Below, piece by piece: positions 33,544 to 42,731 of a stretch of 64,000 bases of DNA. The position numbers and the translations under genes are program-made. The stretch lies in assembly GCA_963422735.1 (NCBI GenBank), contig OY730476.1, forward strand, positions 2,016,001 to 2,080,000, read 5' to 3'. Each line of letters starts with the position of its first letter. Position 1 is the stretch's first letter. The notes beneath the pieces are model-generated. The model was given only the letters and a program-made list of their open reading frames with translations. It did not search any database and was not told where the DNA came from. This stretch comes from Candidatus Latescibacterota bacterium. Its GTDB lineage: Bacteria; Latescibacterota; UBA2968; UBA8231.

Positions 33544-36339
33544 TCACTGGCTCACCGCCATTTTGATCACGGCTTCTCCTCGCCGTCCGTCGTCGCCGTG
33601 CGCGATCAATCGGCATAGATACAGGCCGCTCGCATAGCCTTCCACCGACCAAGTAATTTCGTGCTCACCGGCTTCCAAGCCGTTGCTTCGGTGCTGCCAA
33701 ACGCGCCCGCCCAACGCACCGAACACCTCCAATTCGATGCGCCCGGCTGCGCTCAGCGCAAAGCGCAAATGCGCATCCTCGCCGGGGCCGACTGGATTGG
33801 GATAGCAATAGACCCGGTCTAGCAAGGACGCCTCGGGCTTTACAACGGGACGGCCAGCTACCAGCGCAACCCGCGACCCAGCCCCATCGGCACCGGCCTG
33901 AGGCCAATGAGCCGGCCCCCCGGCGTACCGCGCCGCCACCCTCTGCAGATCCCACGCATATATGGCCGTGCCATCCAAGGCTGCTAACGCCAAGCGGCCA
34001 TCGCTGCCTAAGTCCAATACCACCGGCGACGCCGTCGGAGGAGCGGCCATTAGCAGGGGAAAGCCCGCCAAGAGACGCCCATCGTCTTCTATACCAAAAA
34101 TTCCGCTGTGGCCAGCGACGAATATCTCCTGCTTGCCATCGGCATCCACGTCGCACAGCATCGGCTCGAAAACGAGATCGCCGACCTCGGCAAAGCGCGG
34201 CAAGGAGGTGGGAAAGTCGGCTTGGCGCAATCCGTCGGCGCGCAAGGCGTGTATCGTTCCACCCCGCGCAAGCAAAACCACCTCCAGCAGGCCATCGCCG
34301 TCCAAATCGCCCAGAACCGGCGGTGCGGCTAGCGAATCGCCTAACTCGACAGCATGAGACCCGATCTCGACTTGGCCGCTGGCTGTGGCGAAGACCCACT
34401 CGACTTGGCCGTCACCATCCAAATCGCTCGCGGCTGGGGGCAACGAGGCTGCAGCCACCGGTGGCCTTTGCTCCTTTAACTGGCCGCTTATGGCATCTAC
34501 CACGTAGAGCTGTTCCGCTCCGGCGAGCAGCAGCGCGGCCTCCGTGCCCGTGCTGAAACGCGCGTCCGATGGCACCTCGTTCAGCGCGAGCCGCCACAGC
34601 GGTTGGTCGGCCCCGGCGTCCCACGCGCTGACTTCTGCGTCGCGCCATAAAAAAATCGCGAGTCGGCCATCGCCGTCGCCGTCCCCAGCAGCCAGCAACC
34701 GTGCCCCTGGTACTCTCCACGGTGCCACACCATCTCCGGTTGCATAGCCGACCTCACCTCCGGCCTCAAAGAGCAACTCTTCTACTCCATCGCCGTCCAA
34801 GTCCGCGGCTTGTAGCCGGCCGTCGCCCGGCAAATCCCGCGGCCAGCCCGGGCGCGCACGTCCAAAGCGTATGGCCACCTGCATGGTATCGCCGGGAGCG
34901 GAAAGCACTTCGATCTCAATGCCGGTCTCCCACTCTCGGTTGCTGCGCGAGTCAGGTTGAGTCGCCGGGCCGAACAGCGTTTGTCCGCCGATAAAGAACG
35001 GGTCGTCGGGCCACCCCTCGACTTGTCGCTCCCACGCAAGAAACGGATCGCCAATGTCGCGGTACCCATCGGCCTCTTCCAAGGCAATGCTCTGCCAATG
35101 GGCCTGATTGTTCGCGGCACTGGGATCCGCAGCGCGGGCCATCACGCCTTCGTCTATGTGCCATATCAGCATCCCCGACCCTGGGACAAAGGCGTCGTAT
35201 TCCTCCATCGCCACCCACACGCCTTCCTCTATAGTGACCTGATCGCGGTCAATCCACACCACCTCTTCGTCCTCGCCCTCCACAACACCGCGCTGCCCGC
35301 GCTGCTGTCTGTTCTCCAGCAAGAAGTACTCGCGCGCGTCAATGGGTATGCGCACGGCCTTGGGGAGGTCGCCGCTGCGGTCGGTGGCTAGCAGCGATAG
35401 TACAGTGTCGCGCCGCACCACCACCGGCTCGATCCACCCTAGCTGCATCTTGCTCCACGCCATAGGATGCGGCGGTGCGAAGCCAATTCCCTCGAGGCTG
35501 TCCGTCCGCACGTAGCCCGAAGCGTTGACCCCCACGTCCATCAGACTCCAGCTGCCTAGGGCTGGCAGGCCGTCGACGAAATTGGACAACCCAGGCAGGC
35601 CCAACTGGTGGCCAAAGAACTTGGCCAGCAAGCCATTGAGGCCGACCCGGCCGTTGAGGCTAGGCGACTCTGGCAAGATCCACGCCTGATCGATCTGTGC
35701 TCCGCCCAAGGTTAGCGGGCCGCCGTTAAAGAGCGCAAAATCGCTCTCGGCTAGGAAGACCGAGCGAATGTCGTTCAGCCCGCCGGTCTCGTAGCCAACT
35801 CCGGCGTGGAACACGAGGAAGCTATTAAATTCGTCCAAGCGCGGGCCATCGGGATCGGCCAGCGCGGCAGCAAGAGCATCGCGCACCAGTTCAATCCACT
35901 TCGCGCCAATTTCCTCAGTCGTGCGTCCGTTGCCGTAGTGGAGCATGGGTTGGGGAAGCGCGTATGCCTGCCGCGAGGCGCGGGGGAACACCTCGGCGGA
36001 GATCGCCACCCGGCCGTCGGAAACGACCTCGTAATAGCGCGCCAACGCGGTCAAATGCCGCTCGAAGTAAGCGCGGTCGTGCGGCGGCACATCGTAGGGA
36101 AGCGCGTACTCCTCAGCCGCTTCCTCTGCCGAGCGCAGATCAAACGCGCCGACGCCAGTCGTCGTCAACTCATCTGGCCTTTCGCGCGGAAAATCCACGC
36201 GCAAGACCAAGATTCGCCACTCGGCATCGGCCGTAGTGGCCGCCGCCAACAGTAGTGAGAAGCAGAAGCCTAAGAGGAACAAGGGGGCCAAATCGCATCG
36301 TCGCCGCGCAGCAACAGGACCCGTGTCCGATTGGAACAT
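33544..36339 (-). CDS. Immune inhibitor A (M6)-like domain + FG-GAP repeats + T9SS type A CTD; HExxH degenerate
   Basis: ILVLRVDF, VFHAG, KFFGHQLGLP, WSLMD, KMQLGW, YFLLENR, LIWHID; DLDGDG repeats; YPNP...SGLYL CTD. Confidence 0.82.
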   Translation of the reverse strand: MFQSDTGPVAARRRCDLAPLFLLGFCFSLLLAAATTADAEWRILVLRVDFPRERPDELTTTGVGAFDLRSAEEAAEEYALPYDVPPHDRAYFERHLTALARYYEVVSDGRVAISAEVFPRASRQAYALPQPMLHYGNGRTTEEIGAKWIELVRDALAAALADPDGPRLDEFNSFLVFHAGVGYETGGLNDIRSVFLAESDFALFNGGPLTLGGAQIDQAWILPESPSLNGRVGLNGLLAKFFGHQLGLPGLSNFVDGLPALGSWSLMDVGVNASGYVRTDSLEGIGFAPPHPMAWSKMQLGWIEPVVVRRDTVLSLLATDRSGDLPKAVRIPIDAREYFLLENRQQRGQRGVVEGEDEEVVWIDRDQVTIEEGVWVAMEEYDAFVPGSGMLIWHIDEGVMARAADPSAANNQAHWQSIALEEADGYRDIGDPFLAWERQVEGWPDDPFFIGGQTLFGPATQPDSRSNREWETGIEIEVLSAPGDTMQVAIRFGRARPGWPRDLPGDGRLQAADLDGDGVEELLFEAGGEVGYATGDGVAPWRVPGARLLAAGDGDGDGRLAIFLWRDAEVSAWDAGADQPLWRLALNEVPSDARFSTGTEAALLLAGAEQLYVVDAISGQLKEQRPPVAAASLPPAASDLDGDGQVEWVFATASGQVEIGSHAVELGDSLAAPPVLGDLDGDGLLEVVLLARGGTIHALRADGLRQADFPTSLPRFAEVGDLVFEPMLCDVDADGKQEIFVAGHSGIFGIEDDGRLLAGFPLLMAAPPTASPVVLDLGSDGRLALAALDGTAIYAWDLQRVAARYAGGPAHWPQAGADGAGSRVALVAGRPVVKPEASLLDRVYCYPNPVGPGEDAHLRFALSAAGRIELEVFGALGGRVWQHRSNGLEAGEHEITWSVEGYASGLYLCRLIAHGDDGRRGEAVIKMAVSQ

Positions 36340-36341
36340 CC

Positions 36342-37394
36342 TCAGAAAATGAGATTCAGGGAAAACCGCGTATTGTCCTCCAGCGGCGTTATCTTACTGG
36401 CATCGACATACGCCACATCGAATTGGAAGCGGTTGTACTTTAGGCCGACGCCAAAATTCCGGGTCGCCAACTCGCCGTCGGTGTCCCGCGAAAGGCCCGC
36501 ACGCAACGCGATGAAAGCCTCGTCTTCGCGGGCGGAAAGCCCGTATCGGTATTCGCCGCCCACGTGCAAATCCATCTCCTTGAACTCATTGCTCGCGCTC
36601 TCGTCAGCCCACGCCTTGACCAAGTTGCTGACAAAAGATCCATCGGCGATTAGGGGCTTGTACAAGTCAAAGGAGAGCAGCACGTCGTTGTATTGGGTAT
36701 CCATCACCTCGTAGGCCACTCCGACGACGATGTGCTGGGGCAGCGAATCGGCCTGTTCGGCGTCTATGTAGGCGATCTTTGGGCCTAGGTTGCGTAGGGC
36801 CGCGCCCAAGCTGAGGCTCGGCGTGGCCTTCCACAAAAAACCCAAATCCGCGGCAAAGCTGTTGCCCACGCCCCGACCCCGCTCAATGCCGGCCCCCTGA
36901 TCGGCCAAATTGCTGCGGATGAACTTCAAGCCGATGCCAGCAGACGCATAGCTGCTAAGGTGCGCCCCGTAGGCCGCAGACATGGCCACATCGTAACTAC
37001 GGAAGGTGCCTTGGTGGTTGCCGCGCTCGTCGGTGCGGATCTGCTCGCCTAGGTTTAGCAGCGCGACGTTGAGACCGATATTGCCCCAGCCCTCCACGGG
37101 CATGGAATAGGCCAAAAACTCGTAGGATAAGTCGTCGGCCAGCCCGGGCAGCCACTTGCTGTGAGTGAAGTGGAGCTTTTTCTTACTCTGCCCGACGAGG
37201 GCAGCCGGATTGAAGTAGCTCGCCGTGGCGTCGTCGGCCACAGCCACGTACGACTCGCCCATGCCAATGGCGCGGGCACCCGGCTCGATCAGCAAAAAGA
37301 GCACGGCGGCGCGGCTCTCGGGCGTAGCCCGGATCTCATCGGGCAATGCGCCCGCGCACAGGCCGGCCAGCAGCAGGGTCGTCAGTTTCCTCAT
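36342..37394 (-). CDS. porV: Type IX secretion shuttle PorV-like beta-barrel
   Basis: FLLIEPGARAIGMGE..VAVADD, HSKWLPGLADDL, KFIRSNL, NLGPKIAY, PLEDNTRFSL; directly downstream of porU. Confidence 0.88.
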   Translation of the reverse strand: MRKLTTLLLAGLCAGALPDEIRATPESRAAVLFLLIEPGARAIGMGESYVAVADDATASYFNPAALVGQSKKKLHFTHSKWLPGLADDLSYEFLAYSMPVEGWGNIGLNVALLNLGEQIRTDERGNHQGTFRSYDVAMSAAYGAHLSSYASAGIGLKFIRSNLADQGAGIERGRGVGNSFAADLGFLWKATPSLSLGAALRNLGPKIAYIDAEQADSLPQHIVVGVAYEVMDTQYNDVLLSFDLYKPLIADGSFVSNLVKAWADESASNEFKEMDLHVGGEYRYGLSAREDEAFIALRAGLSRDTDGELATRNFGVGLKYNRFQFDVAYVDASKITPLEDNTRFSLNLIF

Positions 37395-37504
37395 AGCGGA
37401 GTCCTCCTCAGCTAAGAATAAGAATATAAGAATGATGCCTCCTAAGTACTAAGGCAATCTCACTGCTGCAAAGGCACTCCTCTCGCAACATTTACTTGGC
37501 GACC
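37354..37504. repeat. Copy 2 of duplicated leader/signal-peptide segment
   Basis: Spans porU last codons, intergenic leader and first ~13 porV codons; aligns with 33389-33525. Confidence 0.9.
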
Positions 37505-40500
37505 TGCAAGACAGCGCGGCGTGCGACCGTAGTACCGCTTTCCCGCTCGGCTTCTATTCGGTATAGATACGCGCCACTGGCCAAGCCCGTCGGCGGCATC
37601 CAAGGCACCTGGTTGTAGCCGGTGTGTGCCTGTCCGTCTAGCTGGTCTATCAGCCGACCAGCCAGCGAAAAAACCTCTATCTGCACAGTGCGCATGTCGT
37701 TTTCTAGCTCATACGTGAAGTAGCCGCTATCGCGCATGGGGTTCGGATAAAATAGGACCTTGGCAAGGCCCGCGTCGCCTTCGTCGTCTCCGACCGAGAC
37801 CGACACCGTCGCACGCGACGAATTGTTGAAGTTATCCCAAGCCTTCAGGCGGATCTCGTGTTTGCCCGCTTCCAATTCGGGCAGGGGAAATTCAATGACC
37901 CCCTGCCGGTAGTCCCCACCCTGCACACTGTACATATCCGTCAATGTGAAGAGCTCGCCGTCGATGGCCAGTTCGATTTCGTGCCCGGTCTCCCCGGTGA
38001 TGTTGATGCCGCTGGGATCCGCAATTGAGGCCAACAGCACCGTTTGCCGCGGAATCTTGGTGCCTTTGGCCCCCTCGAAGCGCAGGGAAATTTCCGGCCC
38101 TTCCACGTCCGCCTCCACGCCTTTGGCCGTGCCCGCCAGCACCAGTCCGTCCGCCTTGCCAAAAGCCTCGGGACTGTCATCGCTCCAGACGTAGGCGCTG
38201 ATGCGGCCGTTCTTCCCCCCATAGGTAATGTCTTTAGGGATCCGGAATGCGGCACTAAAGCGGCCCTCGGCTACTGGAAAGCGACCGCGAAAGATGGGGG
38301 CACCGGTCTGCTGGTAGGTAAATCCCTCCAACTCACTTTCTTCACTCGAATCAAATGCCTGCAACCACACTTGTCCCTCATAGTCGGTGGCCGGCGCATC
38401 AGCTGCGTCGAGGACCTGGCCGGCGATGGCCACTTCGCCGAGGGCACGGAGCGAATCGGCCACATCGATCTGCACCTGAAAGCGCGGCATGGCCAAGCGC
38501 GTCGCCGGGTCGCCAAAGAGCGAATAGCGCTGAATGTTGCGGAACGTTGTGGCACCGCTGGGGTCATACTGCGGCAGCAATAATTGCTTGGCCTCGGCGA
38601 GGGCCAGCCCAATCGGCACGTGCTCCCGTCCGGTGTGGTACATCTGCCGATAGAACTGGTTGGCCAACTCGACATTGCTGTCGTGATACCCTATCCGGGT
38701 CGCGCAAATCATGCCGATCACGCCCCCGTCTTCCTTCTTCAGAAGTGCCTCGGGGATGGAAATGCGCACTGGATCGTCGAACACCCCCACTTGACTCGCA
38801 GCCGTAAAAAACAAGGGCAGGCGACCGCCGTTGTCGATCTTGTCCAAATCGCGGGAAAGAAAAAACATGCGCTCGTGGGCCAGCACGTAAAAGCTGCCGT
38901 GCCCCACATAGGTCACAATGAGCGCACCCTTGTTGAAGAGCCGGATGAACTCGTCCCGAGCTCGTGGCTTCTCCAGCCCCTCTAGAGGGAATTGGGCGAT
39001 GTAGAGCTTGGTCAAGTCCGACGTCTCGGGCAAAACGTGCCGGGCCATGTATTCGCTATCCCTGATAAACATCGACTCTACCCTGCTCGGCTTATCTCGA
39101 TTGTTCAAGTCGTCCGAGGCCAGCACTATTCGGCTCTGCCAAGGCCCCAATTCGGGCGCGCGGTCGTAGGCGATGATTTTGTCGGCGAGCGCGTCGGCCT
39201 CGGCCGCGGTCTGCACTGGCAGCCGACCAATGGCCATGTCGGGAAACAAATCGTTGCCCACCACGCGCGTGTACCACTCATCGTACGTGCTGTCGCCGTC
39301 TTGAAAGGCCGGAATCCAATTGCCCTGACTGAGGGCCGAATTGTTCTTGTAGTCGTACGAGCCATCGCCGAACAACGTCACGAACATGGGCGCGGGATCC
39401 CAGTGCTCGGCCGCATAGGAGAGAAAATTGCGGATCGCCGCTGGGTCTAAAAGCCCACCGGAAAACTCGTCGTAGATGTCTTGTACGTCGATGGCCGCGG
39501 TCCGCAGGGGCGGGCCGAAGCGGTCGTCTGCAGCCCGCCATTGTGCCAAGCGCTCGGCGGCGGCGCGGAATTCGCGGTGGTAAATCGCCACCCAATCGGC
39601 CCCCCAAGCTCCGGTCGTCAAATGGCCGAGCAAGTCGAGTTCGATCCGCATCGGTCGCTTCCAAGTCGCCGGGCCGCCAACTGCGTACTGACGCGGCACA
39701 TCCCCGGGCTGATCCTGAAAAATTACAGTCCCAGTTTGCGCGTCGTACGCGAAGTCCACGATCTCGGCCAAGCCAGCAGAGACCTCAAAGACGCGCGGCT
39801 GCTCGTCGGCAAAACCAGCGAGGCGGAATTGAGTGGTGCCCGTCAGCGGATAGGTGAAGAGCAACTCGCCGCGCTCGGCGACAAAGCCTCGGCTGTATTC
39901 TACTTCGTACCAGTCGAAGCGGGCCGGATTACCGGAGTGAAAAAGCCCCAAGTAGTTCAGCCCCTCCTGCGCCCCTAGTGCCGCCCACAGCGTATCGGAT
40001 GCAACGTATCTCCGGCTATGCGGTTGCGCTGGGATTGCAAAAGTCTCCGTTCCAATGGTCTCTTCATTCCAGCGCACTGAAAAACGCGGCCGCGTCTCAG
40101 GTATCCCGATAAAACCCAAACGCACGGCCACCGGCTCGGGTACGGCCTGCCGCACCACCACCGGGAAATTGCGGGCATTGCCGCGAAAATCCTCCCAGTA
40201 CCAGGTGTAGCCGGACTTGATGCTAAAAAGCTGGATGAGAACGAACTGTTCGGCTTCCTCGTGGACCCGCACCCGATAGCTCGTGGGCTGCTGCGGGTCG
40301 GACGCGACTATGGCACCGCTCCTCTGCTCGGCTCGTCGCCCCTCGACTCCACCGCCAAAACCCAGCCAGTACGCATTCTCTCGCGTGTAGAGGTTGTGAC
40401 GATATTGAAACAAACCGCTAGCTTGGACGTAGTCCCAGCGGCTGACCGGCTCGGCCCAAAACAAGACGAAGTCGTCCGCGTCCAGACGACCATCGCCCCC

Positions 40501-41238
40501 GTCTTCTACGACCAAGCCCACTTCTGGCATGGCTTGGGGTGGATCCACCTTGCTAATGGACAAGGCTTTGCCACCTCCGTAATGCAGGCGCAAACTCGCC
40601 GGATCGATGTCGCCGAGCGATACCCCGGCGGCCTCTAAGTCGGCACCCGATATCCTGTACAGCCCCTCTTCCGAGACGAAGATCCGCAGCCAAGTCCCTC
40701 TCGGCAACGCGGCCTTGCGCGCCGGCCGCCGCTTAGGTGGCAATCGCCAGTTCCTCGCTTGCTCGGGATTGACGAGCATCCCTCGATAGAATGCTTCTCC
40801 CCAAGGGTCGGCAACGCGGGTGCCGCCACCGCCAGTCACGTGCAGATCAACGACGATGCGATCGTACAGGGTCCGCGTCCCGTCCGCTTCGACGCGCGGA
40901 GCAAACGCCACCGGAACGACGCGTTGGCGCCGCGCAAAGCCGCTCTCGCCGAGGAAGGCCGGCTCGGGTGTGGGCGCGTCGTCTTCAGCAGCGCGATCCG
41001 TTCGCGCCACGCGGGCTTCGACCAGCTCCAAGCGAACCCGTCCATCAATTGGGACGCCGATCAAGGCACCGCGCCCCTGCTCCAGTTCTTGGCCCTCGGG
41101 GAGCCAAACCAACCGCAGGCGCTGTGGCGTCTGTTCGCTGACGCGCAATTCCGCCATGGCCGCACTCCCGCAAAAAAGCGCAAGCGCCCAAAAGCAGCAT
41201 TTGAATCTCATAAATTTGGTATAGGTGGAATTGATCAT
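37492..41238 (-). CDS. porU: Type IX secretion sortase PorU-like (C25 gingipain clan) with Ser at the catalytic Cys position
   Basis: IYDEFSGG..DP.AIR.FL, LFGDGSYD.K, IGRLP, YVGHG, TAASQVGVFDDP, LFGDPA, D.SGIN, LKAWDNFNNSS, CTD YPNP; start may be 41211. Confidence 0.9.
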   Translation of the reverse strand: MINSTYTKFMRFKCCFWALALFCGSAAMAELRVSEQTPQRLRLVWLPEGQELEQGRGALIGVPIDGRVRLELVEARVARTDRAAEDDAPTPEPAFLGESGFARRQRVVPVAFAPRVEADGTRTLYDRIVVDLHVTGGGGTRVADPWGEAFYRGMLVNPEQARNWRLPPKRRPARKAALPRGTWLRIFVSEEGLYRISGADLEAAGVSLGDIDPASLRLHYGGGKALSISKVDPPQAMPEVGLVVEDGGDGRLDADDFVLFWAEPVSRWDYVQASGLFQYRHNLYTRENAYWLGFGGGVEGRRAEQRSGAIVASDPQQPTSYRVRVHEEAEQFVLIQLFSIKSGYTWYWEDFRGNARNFPVVVRQAVPEPVAVRLGFIGIPETRPRFSVRWNEETIGTETFAIPAQPHSRRYVASDTLWAALGAQEGLNYLGLFHSGNPARFDWYEVEYSRGFVAERGELLFTYPLTGTTQFRLAGFADEQPRVFEVSAGLAEIVDFAYDAQTGTVIFQDQPGDVPRQYAVGGPATWKRPMRIELDLLGHLTTGAWGADWVAIYHREFRAAAERLAQWRAADDRFGPPLRTAAIDVQDIYDEFSGGLLDPAAIRNFLSYAAEHWDPAPMFVTLFGDGSYDYKNNSALSQGNWIPAFQDGDSTYDEWYTRVVGNDLFPDMAIGRLPVQTAAEADALADKIIAYDRAPELGPWQSRIVLASDDLNNRDKPSRVESMFIRDSEYMARHVLPETSDLTKLYIAQFPLEGLEKPRARDEFIRLFNKGALIVTYVGHGSFYVLAHERMFFLSRDLDKIDNGGRLPLFFTAASQVGVFDDPVRISIPEALLKKEDGGVIGMICATRIGYHDSNVELANQFYRQMYHTGREHVPIGLALAEAKQLLLPQYDPSGATTFRNIQRYSLFGDPATRLAMPRFQVQIDVADSLRALGEVAIAGQVLDAADAPATDYEGQVWLQAFDSSEESELEGFTYQQTGAPIFRGRFPVAEGRFSAAFRIPKDITYGGKNGRISAYVWSDDSPEAFGKADGLVLAGTAKGVEADVEGPEISLRFEGAKGTKIPRQTVLLASIADPSGINITGETGHEIELAIDGELFTLTDMYSVQGGDYRQGVIEFPLPELEAGKHEIRLKAWDNFNNSSRATVSVSVGDDEGDAGLAKVLFYPNPMRDSGYFTYELENDMRTVQIEVFSLAGRLIDQLDGQAHTGYNQVPWMPPTGLASGAYLYRIEAERESGTTVARRAVLQVAK

Positions 41239-41263
41239 GTGGTCGCGGCGATTGGCACTTTTA

Positions 41264-41332
41264 AGGTTATTTCAAGCTCCTTTTTTGTCAAGGGCATCCC
41301 ACCTTGACTTATCGGATCAGCGCCTCTATGTT
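41264..41332. promoter_or_regulatory. Back-to-back sigma70 promoters for the porU operon (-) and rpmB (+)
   Basis: Minus: TTGACA (41291-41286)-16 nt-TAACCT; plus: TTGACT (41304-41309)-17 nt-TATGTT. Confidence 0.6.
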
Positions 41333-41358
41333 TTAGAGTTTCTTACAGGGAGGCACTC

Positions 41359-41586
41359 ATGGCCAGACAATGCAGCCTGACCAACGTCAAGGGCCTAGTT
41401 GGCAACAACGTCAGCCACTCGCAGCGCAAGACCAAGCGCGTCCAACAGCCCAACCTCATCAAAAAGCGCATCTTCATTCCCGAGGAAAACCGCACCGTTA
41501 CCTTACGCCTGACCGCCCGTGCCCTACGCACCTTAAACAAAAAAGGCATCCATCGGTTCCTCAAAGAAAATGGGATCAAGATCTGA
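41359..41586 (+). CDS. rpmB: 50S ribosomal protein L28
   Basis: GNNVSHS.RKTKR..QPNL; GGAGG RBS. Confidence 0.96.
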   Translation: MARQCSLTNVKGLVGNNVSHSQRKTKRVQQPNLIKKRIFIPEENRTVTLRLTARALRTLNKKGIHRFLKENGIKI

Positions 41587-41615
41587 GCGGGCAAAGGCCC
41601 TTGCCCTCCGCGCAC

Positions 41616-42731
41616 ATGAACCAAAGCGACGACGTAACCGATGCCATCCAAGAGCGAGTTCGCCAAGCCTTAGCTGAAGACGCGGCCTTAAAAATTTTTG
41701 CTGGCCGAACTAAGTCCTTTCTCGGACGCCGACGCGAAGGAACCCCGCTCAACCTCTCCACTCTGACTGGCGTCATCAGCTACGAGCCAAACGAGTTGGT
41801 CCTAGTCGCTCGCCCGGGTACCAAGCTGAGCGAAATAGAAGCCCTGTGCCGTAGCGAAAACCAGTACTTTGCCTTCGAACCGCCCGCTTGGGGTGCGGCC
41901 GCGACCATCGGCGGCACCGTGGCCTGCAATCTTTCAGGGCCGCGCCGCTTCAAGATGGGCGCACTGCGCGATCACTTGCTCGGCGCCGAGCTGATCGACG
42001 GCCGTGGCGAGCGAATTCGCACCGGCGGCAAAGTCGTCAAGAACGTCACGGGTTACGATATGTCTAAGGTGCTGGCCGGCTCCTTCGGAACGCTGGGGAT
42101 ACTTACTGAGGTCTGCCTAAAGGTCTGGCCGCGCCCCGAAACCCAAGCAACTCTATTCATTCACGGGCTGACGCCCGCAGCGGCGTTGGAGCAGATGCTC
42201 GACTGGGCGGCGCGGCCCCTCCAGATCACGGGCCTAGTCTGCAACGCCGACCAGTTAGCCGCCCGCGTCGAAGGCCCAGCACCAGCGGTGCGGGCGCAGC
42301 TAGCAACGCTGCGCGAAGGAGAAACAGCAGAATCGGAGATAATAGAAGAAGCCGAGTCGCACGCCTTCTGGCGGCACTGGCGCGAGCTCGAATGGCTGAC
42401 CCCAGACGCGGGCCAACAGCGCTGGCGCTTTTCTGGACTGCCGACTAAGATGGTGCAGCTAATGAAAGCACTAGAGGCCGAGGGGCTGAGTCGTTGGGGG
42501 CTGGACTGGGCCGGCGGCTTGCTATGGGCACTGTTGCCGGTCGCTACCCAAGCCTCGCGCTTGTACCGCACCGCTGCGCGTCACCAAGCCCTCGGTTGGC
42601 GCTTCGCAGCCGACGAGCACAACGAAGACGCCTTTACCCCGCTCAGTGCTGGCACGGCGCGCATGAACCAGATGCTCAAGCGCGCTCTCGACCCACAAGG
42701 CATTTTCAACCCAAGCAAAATGTACGCCTAA
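41616..42731 (+). CDS. glcE: Glycolate oxidase FAD-binding subunit GlcE
   Basis: YEPNELV, ATIGG, SGPRR, GGKVVKNVTGYD, GSFGTLG, DPQGIFNP. Confidence 0.88.
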   Translation: MNQSDDVTDAIQERVRQALAEDAALKIFAGRTKSFLGRRREGTPLNLSTLTGVISYEPNELVLVARPGTKLSEIEALCRSENQYFAFEPPAWGAAATIGGTVACNLSGPRRFKMGALRDHLLGAELIDGRGERIRTGGKVVKNVTGYDMSKVLAGSFGTLGILTEVCLKVWPRPETQATLFIHGLTPAAALEQMLDWAARPLQITGLVCNADQLAARVEGPAPAVRAQLATLREGETAESEIIEEAESHAFWRHWRELEWLTPDAGQQRWRFSGLPTKMVQLMKALEAEGLSRWGLDWAGGLLWALLPVATQASRLYRTAARHQALGWRFAADEHNEDAFTPLSAGTARMNQMLKRALDPQGIFNPSKMYA

